From an uncultured Chitinophagaceae bacterium (lineage in GTDB: Bacteria > Bacteroidota > Ignavibacteria > UBA10030 > UBA8401): a stretch of DNA of 64,000 nt. Each line of letters starts with the position of its first letter. Position 1 is the stretch's first letter. The stretch covers positions 4,560 to 68,559 of the forward strand of contig CAYIXI010000003.1 in assembly GCA_964367235.1 (NCBI GenBank), written 5' to 3'. Below are positions 9,581 to 19,393 of the stretch, piece after piece. A program made the translations under genes and the position numbers. Under the pieces are notes generated by a model that searched no databases, was not told where the DNA came from, and saw only the letters and a list, made by a program, of their open reading frames with translations.

Positions 9581-9934
9581 ATGAACGCATATCTTCCAAT
9601 TTTGTTAATGTTAATTGTTGCTGGCTCGCTTGGCGTTTTGCTTTTAAAACTTCATCAGTGGCTCGGTCCAAAAAATCCAAACAAAGAAAAACAAATGGTT
9701 TACGAAAGTGGCATGGAGCCAATTGGCAATGCGCATCTTCGTTTCAGTGTTAAATATTATATGGTTGCTGTACTTTTTATTTTGTTCGATATCGAAATTG
9801 TTTTCATGTATCCGTGGGCAGTTAATTTTCGCGAGTTGGGAATTTTTGGTTATGTCGAAATGATTTTATTTATTTTAACTTTGCTAATTGGTTATTTTTA
9901 TATTTTGAAAAAAGGCGCATTGAAATGGGATTAG
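9581..9934 (+). CDS. nuoA: NADH-quinone oxidoreductase subunit A
   Basis: [29 protein letters not shown] 9581 preferred over the track's TTG at 9548. Confidence 0.95.
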   Translation: MNAYLPILLMLIVAGSLGVLLLKLHQWLGPKNPNKEKQMVYESGMEPIGNAHLRFSVKYYMVAVLFILFDIEIVFMYPWAVNFRELGIFGYVEMILFILTLLIGYFYILKKGALKWD

Positions 9935-10458
9935 AGCATGCTTTCGGCGACGGAATAATTACTACAAAAATTGATGAAGCAATAAATTGGTGTAGAAAAA
10001 ATTCTCTCTGGCCAATGCCACTTGGAATTTCTTGTTGCGGAATTGAAATGATGGCATTCGCTGGTCCACGATTTGATGTCTCGCGTTTCGGCTCCGAAGT
10101 TTTTCGTTTCTCTCCTCGCCAATCCGATTTATTAATTGTTGCTGGCACCACAACTTACAAAATGGCAACCGTTGTGCGAAAAATTTACGACCAAATGCCC
10201 GATCCGAAATGGGTAATTGCAATGGGCGCATGCACTTCAAGTGGCGGAATGTATAGAACTTATTCGGTTGTTCAAGGCATCGATCAATTTTTGCCTGTTG
10301 ATGTTTATGTCGCAGGTTGCCCGCCACGACCAGATAATTTAATTCAAGCTTTGATGGTAATTCAAGATAAAATTTCTCGAAACGAAAGCAAAGGTTCTCC
10401 AATGACGATTGCAGATGAAAAACGATTGCAATCTAAACCTATTCAAATTTCTTTATGA
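9925..10458 (+). CDS. nuoB: NADH-quinone oxidoreductase subunit B
   Basis: [28 protein letters not shown] (N2 cluster ligands). Confidence 0.97.
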   Translation: MGLEHAFGDGIITTKIDEAINWCRKNSLWPMPLGISCCGIEMMAFAGPRFDVSRFGSEVFRFSPRQSDLLIVAGTTTYKMATVVRKIYDQMPDPKWVIAMGACTSSGGMYRTYSVVQGIDQFLPVDVYVAGCPPRPDNLIQALMVIQDKISRNESKGSPMTIADEKRLQSKPIQISL

Positions 10459-10946
10459 TTGAAACTGTTGTATCTCTTCTTGGCGAAAAATTTTCTACTT
10501 CAATTTTAAAAATCGAAAATTTCAGAAATGATACTACAATTCATATTTCAAAAAGTGATTTGCAAAATATTTGTAAATTTTTGAAAGTTGATGAGAATTG
10601 CTCGTTCGATTTATTTATTGATGTAATTGGCGCAGATGCATTTACACCCGAAAATAGATTTGAAGTTATTTATATTCTTCATTCGCTAAGACTTAATCAT
10701 CGCATTCGCATTAAAACTTTTATTGATGAAAAAGATTTGCACATCGAAACAATTTCAAACATTTGGTTAGGCGCCGAGTGGGCAGAGAGAGAAGTTTACG
10801 ATATGTTTGGAATTATTTTTGACGGACATAAAGATTTAAGAAGAATGTATATGCCAGAGGATTTTACTCATTATCCTTTGAGAAAAGATTTTCCGTTAAT
10901 GGGGATTCCAAATTCTCTTCCACTCCCATCTGAACCTGAAAGATAA
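10455..10946 (+). CDS. nuoC: NADH-quinone oxidoreductase subunit C
   Basis: [22 protein letters not shown]. Confidence 0.96.
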   Translation: MIETVVSLLGEKFSTSILKIENFRNDTTIHISKSDLQNICKFLKVDENCSFDLFIDVIGADAFTPENRFEVIYILHSLRLNHRIRIKTFIDEKDLHIETISNIWLGAEWAEREVYDMFGIIFDGHKDLRRMYMPEDFTHYPLRKDFPLMGIPNSLPLPSEPER

Positions 10947-10954
10947 TTTTTAAA

Positions 10955-12220
10955 ATGGAACAACTCAGCGCACTCGATATTCATCATATTCGTCAAGCAA
11001 AAATAATTAAAGCTTTGCAGGATAAAAATACAAGCCTCGATTTTTCCGATCCGCTTGAGAATGAAATGATTATCAATATGGGACCGCAACATCCTGCAAC
11101 GCACGGTGTGTTGCGATTACTTGTTCGACTCGACGGCGAAACAGTCGAAACCCTCGTACCCGAACTTGGGTATTTACATCGCGGTTACGAAAAGCTCGCA
11201 GAGAATTGTTCGCTTCACGAATTTATTACTCACACCGACAGACTCGATTATATTTCTCCACTTGCAAACAACACCGCTTATGTGCTTGCTGTTGAAAAAC
11301 TTTTAGGAATTGAATCGCCACGGCGAACACAATTTATTCGAGTGATTGTTTCGGAGGTTGCAAGAATTTCATCTCATCTTTTGGCAATTGGCGCAACCGC
11401 ACTTGATATTGGCGCGCTTACGGTTTTTGTTTGGACTTTCCGCGAACGAGAAAGAATTTATGATATTTTTGAAAAGCTAATTGGCGTACGATTTACAACG
11501 AGTTTTACACGAATTGGTGGAATTGCTCACGATATGACAAGCGAAAGCGCAAACGAAATAAAAAATTTTATTGATGAGTTCCCTTCTAAACTTGAAGAGT
11601 GCGCAAATCTTTTACACGAGAATAGAATTTTTATTGAGCGAATGGAAAATGTCGGAGTGATTTCAAAAGAAAAAGCAATCTCACTCGGATTGACTGGACC
11701 AAATCTTCGTGGCACTGGAGTTGAATATGATATTCGTCGCTCGATGCCATATTTAATTTATAACGAACTTGATTTTAAAATTCCAACATTTAATTCTGGC
11801 GATGCGCTTAGCCGATATTATGTTCGCTTTTACGAAATCGAAGAAAGTTTAAAAATTATAAAACAAGCGCTCGACAAAATTCCAAATGGTCCGATTCACG
11901 CATTGGAACCAAAAAAAGTTCTTCCGCGAAAAGATAAAATTTATACAAAGATGGAAGAATTGATTCACGATTTTATGTTAATAAATTTCGGAACAAATCC
12001 ACCAGTTGGCGAAGTGTATCACGCAATTGAAGGATCAAAAGGTGAACTCGGATTTTATATTCAAAGCCGTGGCGAAGGAAACCCATGGCGTTTAAAAATT
12101 CATTCACCAAGTTTTATGTCATTACAAGCATTGCCATTTATGGTTGAAGGATATTTGATTTCAGATATTGTTGCAATCATCGGCAGCTTGGATCCCGTAA
12201 TGGGAGAAGCGGATAAATAA
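10955..12220 (+). CDS. nuoD: NADH-quinone oxidoreductase subunit D
   Basis: NMGPQHPATHGVLRL, GYLHRG, DRLDY, GSLDPVMGEADK. Confidence 0.97.
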   Translation: MEQLSALDIHHIRQAKIIKALQDKNTSLDFSDPLENEMIINMGPQHPATHGVLRLLVRLDGETVETLVPELGYLHRGYEKLAENCSLHEFITHTDRLDYISPLANNTAYVLAVEKLLGIESPRRTQFIRVIVSEVARISSHLLAIGATALDIGALTVFVWTFRERERIYDIFEKLIGVRFTTSFTRIGGIAHDMTSESANEIKNFIDEFPSKLEECANLLHENRIFIERMENVGVISKEKAISLGLTGPNLRGTGVEYDIRRSMPYLIYNELDFKIPTFNSGDALSRYYVRFYEIEESLKIIKQALDKIPNGPIHALEPKKVLPRKDKIYTKMEELIHDFMLINFGTNPPVGEVYHAIEGSKGELGFYIQSRGEGNPWRLKIHSPSFMSLQALPFMVEGYLISDIVAIIGSLDPVMGEADK

Positions 12221-12222
12221 TT

Positions 12223-12687
12223 ATGTTGAACGAAAATAATCTTCACGAGCTTGATGAAATAATTAAAAGATATCCTGAACCGCGAGCGGCACTTTTGCCA
12301 GCTTTGTGGTTAGCGCAGGAGCAAGAAGGATTTATTTCGCAAGATATGATGAAACACATCGCGCATGTTTTACATTTGGACTATGCGCATGTTTTAGGAG
12401 TTGTAACTTTTTACACAATGTTTCATGATAAGCCAAAAGGAAAATATCACATCGAAGTTTGTACAAATATTTCCTGTTTGTTGCGTGGTTCAAAAAAAAT
12501 TCTCGATTCGGTTGAGCAACATTGTGGAATAAAAAAAGGCGAAGTTTCAAAAGATGGAAAATATAGCATCGAAGAAGTTGAGTGCATGGGGGCATGTGGC
12601 GGCGCACCGATGATTGCAATCGGCGAAGAATATTTTGAAAATTTAAATCCCGAAAAAACCGAAAATCTTTTATCAAACTTAAAATAA
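12223..12687 (+). CDS. nuoE: NADH-quinone oxidoreductase subunit E
   Basis: VTFYTMF, CTNISC...CMGAC [2Fe-2S] ligands. Confidence 0.96.
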   Translation: MLNENNLHELDEIIKRYPEPRAALLPALWLAQEQEGFISQDMMKHIAHVLHLDYAHVLGVVTFYTMFHDKPKGKYHIEVCTNISCLLRGSKKILDSVEQHCGIKKGEVSKDGKYSIEEVECMGACGGAPMIAIGEEYFENLNPEKTENLLSNLK

Positions 12688-13931
12688 TGGAAAAATTTTT
12701 ACTTCCCGAAATTCCAAATTATAATTTAATCGACATCTACGAATCGCACGGTGGTTATCAAGCATTAAAAAATGCAATCGCCAAACAACCTGCCGATATA
12801 ATAGAGGAGGTGAAAAAATCAAATCTTCGAGGACGCGGCGGAGCCTGTTTTTACACAGGTTTAAAATGGACTTTTATGCCGAAGGATGACGCCAAGCCAA
12901 AATATTTTTGCGTTAATGGCGATGAATCGGAGCCGGGAACTTTTAAAGATAGATACCTTTTTGAATTTAATCCGCACCAAGTTATTGAAGGAATTTTGAT
13001 TTCGTGTTACGCGATGGGAATTACAACTGCATATATTTACATTCGCGGTGAATATGGAAAATGGATTCGAATGATGCAAAAAGCAATTGACGATGCTTAT
13101 GCAAAAAATTATATCGGACAAAATATTTTAGGGACAAATTTCAGCACAAATATTTTTATTCACAAAGGTGCTGGCGCATATATTTGCGGTGAAGAATCTG
13201 CTTTGATGAATTCGTTGGAAGGTGAACGAGGTTATCCGAGAGTGAAACCGCCATTCCCTGCTCAAAATGGTTTGTGGGGAAATCCGACCACAATAAATAA
13301 TGTCGAGACGATTGCAAATGTTCCACTAATTATTAATAAAGGTTGGGAGTGGTTTGCAAATTACGGTGCGCAAAAACATCCGGGACCAATTTTAGTTGGA
13401 ATTTCTGGACATGTGAATAAACCAGGAGTTTATGAAATTGCAACAGGTGTAAAACTTACCGATTTAATTTACGATGAAAAATTTGGCAGTGGAATTTTAG
13501 GTGGAAAAAAATTAAAAGCTGTAATTCCCGGTGGCTCATCAACAATGATTTTGCCTGCCGATAAAATTGAAAATGTATCGATGGATTTTGATTCTTTAAA
13601 ACAAGCGGGCTCATCAATTGGCACTGCTGGTTTAATTGTGATGAACGAAGATACAGATTTGATTGAAGTCATTACAAGAGTTACAAAATTTTATCATCAC
13701 GAATCCTGCGGACAATGTACTCCGTGCCGAGAAGGAACTGGATGGATGGAAAAAATTTTAAATCGTTTTGAAAAAAATGAAGCGCGAGCTGAAGATATTG
13801 ATTTGCTTTTAGATGTTGCAAATAATATCGAAGGCAATACAATTTGTGCTCTTGGAGATGCGGCGGCGTGGCCAGTTCAAAGTATGATTAAAAGATTCCG
13901 CGGCGAGTTTGAAGCAAAAATAAAATCTTAA
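12687..13931 (+). CDS. nuoF: NADH-quinone oxidoreductase subunit F
   Basis: LRGRGGA, NGDESEPGTFKDR, GAGAYICGEE, CGQCTPCREG, TICALG. Confidence 0.97.
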   Translation: MEKFLLPEIPNYNLIDIYESHGGYQALKNAIAKQPADIIEEVKKSNLRGRGGACFYTGLKWTFMPKDDAKPKYFCVNGDESEPGTFKDRYLFEFNPHQVIEGILISCYAMGITTAYIYIRGEYGKWIRMMQKAIDDAYAKNYIGQNILGTNFSTNIFIHKGAGAYICGEESALMNSLEGERGYPRVKPPFPAQNGLWGNPTTINNVETIANVPLIINKGWEWFANYGAQKHPGPILVGISGHVNKPGVYEIATGVKLTDLIYDEKFGSGILGGKKLKAVIPGGSSTMILPADKIENVSMDFDSLKQAGSSIGTAGLIVMNEDTDLIEVITRVTKFYHHESCGQCTPCREGTGWMEKILNRFEKNEARAEDIDLLLDVANNIEGNTICALGDAAAWPVQSMIKRFRGEFEAKIKS

Positions 13932-13943
13932 AATAAATTATAG

Positions 13944-14333
13944 ATGAAGAAATATTTTTTTCTCGTAGCAGGAATTTTTTCTGTTGCGATTGCGTTTGTT
14001 GGAATTTTTTTACCCTTTTTACCAACTACTCCTCTACTTTTGTTATCACTTTATTTTTTTAGTAAAAGTTCAAATCGTTTTCACGATTGGCTTTTGTACA
14101 ATTCACGGTTTTCAAATCTAATTCAAAATTACAAAAACGGATTTGGTGTGCCGATAAAATTAAAAATAGGTTCAATAATATTTTTATGGGCATCCACTAT
14201 TTTAAGTAGTTTGTTTTTCTTAAATTCACGATTAGCAATTGTACTTTTAATTTTAATTTCTACAATCATCACAATTCATATTTTAATGATTCGCACATTT
14301 GAAAAAACTCTGAATGAAACAAAATCAAATTAA
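13944..14333 (+). CDS. YbaN/DUF454-like inner membrane protein
   Basis: GIFLPFLPTTPLLLL...KSSNRFHDWLL motif; hydrophobic. Confidence 0.85.
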   Translation: MKKYFFLVAGIFSVAIAFVGIFLPFLPTTPLLLLSLYFFSKSSNRFHDWLLYNSRFSNLIQNYKNGFGVPIKLKIGSIIFLWASTILSSLFFLNSRLAIVLLILISTIITIHILMIRTFEKTLNETKSN

Positions 14334-15258
14334 GCCAAAAGCATTGAAAAAAGGAGATGTAATTGGGATTGTCGCTCCTGCAAGTCCGCCTTCATCTCAT
14401 GAAAAAATAATTCGTGGCGCCGAGTATTTAGAAAAAATTGGATACAGAGTTGAATTGGGAAAAAATCTTTTTGCAAAAAGAGGATATTTGGCTGGCTACG
14501 ATGTTGCGCGCGCAAATGACATAAATGATTTTTTTGGAAATAAAAAAATAAAAGCAATTTTTTCTCTTCGTGGCGGATACGGAACACCGAGATTTTTACA
14601 TTTGATAGATTTTAATTTGATAAAAAATAATCCGAAAATTTTTGTTGGTTACAGCGATATAACCGCGCTTCAACTTGCAATTTTTAAAAAGACAAGACTT
14701 GTAACTTTTTCTGGTCCGATGGTTGGAGTGGAAATGTGGAAAGAGTTCAATAGATTTTCGGAAGATTTTTTTTGGCAAATGCTTACATCGAAGAAAAAGT
14801 TAGGTGTGGCAAAATTGCAAAATGAAGTAAAATTAAATTTTCGCACCAAAGGAATTGCAAAAGGAATTTTACTCGGTGGTAATTTGGCTTTGATGAATTC
14901 TATTTTAGGAACTCCCTATTCCCCAAATTATAAAGATTCGATTTTATTTTTTGAAGAAATTGAAGAAGCGCCGTACAGATTTGATAGATTGTTATCGCAA
15001 TTAAATAATTCTGGCGCGTTAAAAAATTGTGCTGGCGTACTAATTGGCGAGTTGACAAATATGAAGCCAACTTCCGATGGACCAACATTGACAATTGAAG
15101 AAATTTTGAAAGATTATTTTAAGAATAAAGATTTTCCGGTTGCTGATGGATTGCCTTACGGTCATATTCCAAGAAAAATTACAATGCCAATCGGAATTAA
15201 TGCTGAAATAAATTCGGAAACGGAATCTCTTTCGTTTTTAGAAGGTTGCATAGAGTAA
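14314..15258 (+). CDS. ldcA: LD-carboxypeptidase (peptidase S66)
   Basis: RGGYG, GYSDIT (Ser), GGNL, FFEE (Glu), YGH (His). Confidence 0.92.
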   Translation: MKQNQIKPKALKKGDVIGIVAPASPPSSHEKIIRGAEYLEKIGYRVELGKNLFAKRGYLAGYDVARANDINDFFGNKKIKAIFSLRGGYGTPRFLHLIDFNLIKNNPKIFVGYSDITALQLAIFKKTRLVTFSGPMVGVEMWKEFNRFSEDFFWQMLTSKKKLGVAKLQNEVKLNFRTKGIAKGILLGGNLALMNSILGTPYSPNYKDSILFFEEIEEAPYRFDRLLSQLNNSGALKNCAGVLIGELTNMKPTSDGPTLTIEEILKDYFKNKDFPVADGLPYGHIPRKITMPIGINAEINSETESLSFLEGCIE

Positions 15259-15308
15259 TTTTTTTAGATTCAATTTAACAGATTAGTAAATTTTCCAAAG
15301 AGGGTTTA

Positions 15309-15929
15309 TTGTTACAAATTGCAGTTTTCGCATCTGGTCGAGGATCAAATTTTATCGCACTTTATAATTTTCTACAAAAAGAAAATGTTGAAGCGAAGAT
15401 TTCTATCCTCATCAGCAATAATTCAAACTCAGGTGCAATTGGGTTTGCAAAGGGAAATAATATTCCATCATATTATTTGAGTGAAAAAAATTTTCAATCA
15501 AAAGAAGATTATCAAAATGGAATGAGAAATGTTTTATCGGAAAACAAAATAAATTTTATTGTGCTTGCTGGTTACATGAAGTTGATTGCTCCAAAAATTG
15601 TAAAAGAATTTGAAAACAGAATTATAAATATTCATCCCGCACTTTTGCCAAAATTTGGCGGAGCTGGAATGTTTGGCGAGCGTGTGCACGAAGCGGTAAT
15701 TGTTGCCAGCGAAAAAGAATCGGGCGCGACGGTGCATTTTGTAAATGAGGAATATGACCGAGGATTAATTATTTTGCAGGATAAAGTTCTTATTTCATCG
15801 GACGAAACAAAGGAATCGCTTGCAAAAAAAGTTTTAAATATTGAACACAAAATTTTACCCGAAGTAGTTAAATTGTTTGCTGAAAACAAAATATTAATTA
15901 AAAATAATAAAGTAGAAATTTTAAAATGA
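15309..15929 (+). CDS. purN: Phosphoribosylglycinamide formyltransferase
   Basis: ASGRGSN, LAGYM, NIHPALLP, GATVH; TTG start after a GAGGG SD. Confidence 0.96.
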   Translation: MLQIAVFASGRGSNFIALYNFLQKENVEAKISILISNNSNSGAIGFAKGNNIPSYYLSEKNFQSKEDYQNGMRNVLSENKINFIVLAGYMKLIAPKIVKEFENRIINIHPALLPKFGGAGMFGERVHEAVIVASEKESGATVHFVNEEYDRGLIILQDKVLISSDETKESLAKKVLNIEHKILPEVVKLFAENKILIKNNKVEILK

Positions 15930-17467
15930 ATGAATTAAAAATTAAACGCGCGCTGATTTCAGTCTCCGATAAAACAGGAATTTTGGGGTTTGCAAAATTT
16001 TTGGCAGATAATAATGTCGAAATAATTTCGACTGGCGGGACTGCCAAACTTTTTAAAGAAAATAAAATACCTGTTACGCTGGTAAGTGATGTAACTGAAT
16101 TTCCCGAAGTTTTTGATGGACGAGTAAAAACTTTGCATCCAGCAATTCACTCTGGTTTACTTGCAGTTTTAGATAATCCTGCACATAAAGAGGAATTGGA
16201 AAAATTAAATTTCAAGTCGATTGATTTATTGGTTGTAAATTTATATCCATTTGAGAAAACTATTTCAAACAAAGATATTCTGCTTGAAGAAGCAATCGAG
16301 AATATTGATATTGGCGGACCAGCAATGTTACGCGCCGCGTCAAAAAATTTCAAGTTTACAGTTGTTAGTTGCAACCCAAACCAATACGATAAAATTAAAA
16401 GCGAATTAGAGAAAAATAATTTTACAATTTCTCAAGAGACGAGATTTAAATTATCTGCCGAAGCATTTACGCATACTGCAAAATATGATTTACTTATTTC
16501 GCAGTTCTTAAATAAAAAAATTGAACCTGTTGACGAACTACCAAAGAATTTTTCACTTTTTCTACCAGAATCACTCTCGCTTCGATACGGCGAAAATCCG
16601 CATCAAAAAGGAAAACTTTACGGCGATTTTAAAAATTATTTCTCACAACTTCATGGCAAGGAATTATCGTACAATAATATTTTAGATATTAGTTCAGCGC
16701 AACAATTAGTAAATGAGTTTTCTGAGCCAACAGTTGCAATCATCAAACATTCAAATCCGTGCGGAGTTGGAAGCGCAAATAATTTATCGGATGCGTTTAA
16801 AAAAGCATTTGCCACAGATAAAAAATCTCCTTTTGGTGGAATTATTGCAGTAAACAGAAAAATGGATTTGGATTGCGCAAATTTGATAAATGAAATTTTT
16901 ACAGAAGTTGTAATCGCGCCAGAATTTTCAGATGAGGTTTTAGAATTATTCAAAAAGAAAAAAGATAGAAGAATAATTTTAGCACTTCCATCGGCAAAAA
17001 TAAATTCTTCATTAAATATTCGTAGTGTCATCGGCGGAGTTTTAATTCAAACACAAGATAATTTTCTCGGCGAAGATTTTAAAATCGTAACCAATCGCAC
17101 GCCAACCGAAAATGAATTTGCGTCGATGAGGTTTGCGTGGCGAGTTGCAAAAAATCTTCACTCAAACGCAATCGTTTACGCGCGGGAGGACAGAACTTTG
17201 GGGCTTGGTGCGGGACAAATGTCGCGCGTTGATTCTTCGAAAATTGCGGTTTTTAAAGCGCACGCTGAAGGGCTTGATTTAAAAGGGTGCGCAGTGGCTT
17301 CGGATGCGTTTTTCCCTTTTGCTGATGGACTTTTGGAAGCAATCTCTGCTGGCGCAACTGCCGTGGTTCAGCCCGGCGGTTCGATTCGCGATGCTGAAAT
17401 AATTGAAGCGGCAAATCAAAATAATATTACGATGGCATTTACTGGCGTTCGACATTTTAAACATTAA
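15926..17467 (+). CDS. purH: Bifunctional AICAR transformylase/IMP cyclohydrolase
   Basis: RALISVSDK, GRVKTLHP, IDIGGP, LRYGENPHQ, ASDAFFPF, RHFKH. Confidence 0.98.
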   Translation: MNELKIKRALISVSDKTGILGFAKFLADNNVEIISTGGTAKLFKENKIPVTLVSDVTEFPEVFDGRVKTLHPAIHSGLLAVLDNPAHKEELEKLNFKSIDLLVVNLYPFEKTISNKDILLEEAIENIDIGGPAMLRAASKNFKFTVVSCNPNQYDKIKSELEKNNFTISQETRFKLSAEAFTHTAKYDLLISQFLNKKIEPVDELPKNFSLFLPESLSLRYGENPHQKGKLYGDFKNYFSQLHGKELSYNNILDISSAQQLVNEFSEPTVAIIKHSNPCGVGSANNLSDAFKKAFATDKKSPFGGIIAVNRKMDLDCANLINEIFTEVVIAPEFSDEVLELFKKKKDRRIILALPSAKINSSLNIRSVIGGVLIQTQDNFLGEDFKIVTNRTPTENEFASMRFAWRVAKNLHSNAIVYAREDRTLGLGAGQMSRVDSSKIAVFKAHAEGLDLKGCAVASDAFFPFADGLLEAISAGATAVVQPGGSIRDAEIIEAANQNNITMAFTGVRHFKH

Positions 17468-17495
17468 TTGAATTACATCTATTTTTTCTTATCTT
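17468..17495 (+). promoter_or_regulatory. Putative promoter for mreBC
   Basis: TTGAAT-N16-TATCTT, followed by TG; also matches TAnnTTTG. Confidence 0.35.
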
Positions 17496-17529
17496 TGAAA
17501 AAATTAAACACAAACAAAATAAATTTACG

Positions 17530-18555
17530 ATGAGTCTATTCTCTTTTTTTACTGCCGATCTTGCAATTGACCTTGGAACTGCAAACACACTTATTTACAT
17601 GAAGGGTAAAGGAATTGTTTTAAACGAACCTTCAATTGTTGCCTTCGATAGAAATACAAAAAAAATTGTTGCAATTGGAAATGAAGCGAAGGAAATGATG
17701 GGAAGAACTCATCGCGATATCAGAACTATTAGACCAATGCGTGATGGTGTGATTGCAGATTTTGAAATCGCTGAAGGAATGTTGCGCGAATTTATAAAAA
17801 AAATTCATGCTAATTGGTTTCCAAGTAGAAGAATTGTTATTTGTGTCCCGAGTGGAGTTACTGAAGTCGAAAAACGAGCTGTGCGCGACTCTGCTGAACA
17901 TGCTGGAGCAAAAGAAGTTCACTTGATTGCAGAACCAATGGCGGCGGCAATTGGAATTGGACTTGATGTTGATGCGCCTGTTGGAAATATGATTGTTGAT
18001 ATCGGAGGAGGCACAACTGAAATTGCAGTTATCGCACTTTCCGGACTTGTTAATGATGAATCAATAAGAATTGCTGGCGATGAAATGAATAATGCAATCG
18101 TACAATTTTTCAAAAAAAATTATAATATTTTAATTGGCGAACGAACTGCCGAATCAATTAAATGCAAAGTCGGCTCTGTGATGCCGCTGAAAGAAGAAAT
18201 TACAATTCAAGTTAAAGGAAGAGATTTAGTAAATGGAATTCCAAAAATAATCGAAGTCAATTCCGCCGAAATCAGAGAAGCATTAAACGAAACAGTTCAA
18301 GCAATTGTTGACGCAGTAAAATTAATTTTAGAAAAAACTCCTCCCGAACTTGCCTCCGATATTTTAGAACGAGGAATAATGTTAACCGGTGGTGGCGCAC
18401 TTTTAAGAGGTCTTGACGAACGGCTGCGACTTGAAACAAATCTTCCAATTCATATTGCTGAGGATCCGCTAAGCGCAGTTGTTCGCGGAACAGGAAAAGT
18501 TTTAGAAAATCTTGATCGTTTTTCTAAAATGTTAATTAAAAGTCGTCAATACTAA
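17530..18555 (+). CDS. mreB: Rod shape-determining protein MreB
   Basis: IDLGTANT, EPMAAAIG, DIGGGTT, LTGGGALL. Confidence 0.98.
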   Translation: MSLFSFFTADLAIDLGTANTLIYMKGKGIVLNEPSIVAFDRNTKKIVAIGNEAKEMMGRTHRDIRTIRPMRDGVIADFEIAEGMLREFIKKIHANWFPSRRIVICVPSGVTEVEKRAVRDSAEHAGAKEVHLIAEPMAAAIGIGLDVDAPVGNMIVDIGGGTTEIAVIALSGLVNDESIRIAGDEMNNAIVQFFKKNYNILIGERTAESIKCKVGSVMPLKEEITIQVKGRDLVNGIPKIIEVNSAEIREALNETVQAIVDAVKLILEKTPPELASDILERGIMLTGGGALLRGLDERLRLETNLPIHIAEDPLSAVVRGTGKVLENLDRFSKMLIKSRQY

Positions 18556-18561
18556 AATAAA

Positions 18562-19389
18562 ATGTTTTATAGGCTTTATCATTTCTACAAACTTTTTCGC
18601 GAATATTTCATTTTATCCCTCTTCTTAATTCTCTCAATAATGATGATGCTTTTGAACGATAATTCTCAAGTTCACAGATTTCGTGCATATTCTATTGGGA
18701 TTGCTGGCGTTTTGCAAAATACATTTTCGTTCATTCCAAATTATTATGCGCTAAAAGAAGAAAACGAACTGCTGAGAAAATTAAATGTCAATCTTGCCGA
18801 CGAAGTCAATCAATTGCGAGAATCCAAATTAGAGAATATAAAACTTCGTTCATTTTTAAATCTTAAAGATACAAGCAATGTAAAATTAATTGCGACAAAA
18901 ATTATTGCAAAAAATTTAACGATGATGCGTAATACAATTACAATTGATAAAGGTTTAAGTAGTGGAATAAAAATTGGTAATCCAATAGTTACTGGTGATG
19001 GACTTGTTGGAAGAGTTATTAATGCATCAGATAATTATTCTTTAATTCAGTTAATGTTAAATGTTGATTTTAGAGCAAGCGCAAAAGATCAACGCTCGAG
19101 AGTCGATGGAATAATTTTATGGAATGGAAAGAAATTAATTTTAAATAATGTTGCTCAAACTTTAGATGTAAAACCTGGAGATGCAATAATCACTTCGCAA
19201 TATAGTAATGCTTTTCCGCAAGGAATAAAAATCGGAGTTGTTCAATCTGCTAAACCAATTGATGGAAAATTATTTCAAGAAATTGTAATAGCACCTGCTG
19301 TAAATTTTACACGACTTGAAGAGGTTTTTGTTTTAGATTATTTTCCATCGCTGGAAAAAATATATTTAGAAGATACCGCAATAAAATAA
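18562..19389 (+). CDS. mreC: Rod shape-determining protein MreC
   Basis: N-terminal TM, coiled coil LKEENELLRK, ITIDKG, GLVGRV, FPQGIKIG. Confidence 0.93.
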   Translation: MFYRLYHFYKLFREYFILSLFLILSIMMMLLNDNSQVHRFRAYSIGIAGVLQNTFSFIPNYYALKEENELLRKLNVNLADEVNQLRESKLENIKLRSFLNLKDTSNVKLIATKIIAKNLTMMRNTITIDKGLSSGIKIGNPIVTGDGLVGRVINASDNYSLIQLMLNVDFRASAKDQRSRVDGIILWNGKKLILNNVAQTLDVKPGDAIITSQYSNAFPQGIKIGVVQSAKPIDGKLFQEIVIAPAVNFTRLEEVFVLDYFPSLEKIYLEDTAIK

Positions 19390-19393
19390 AATT

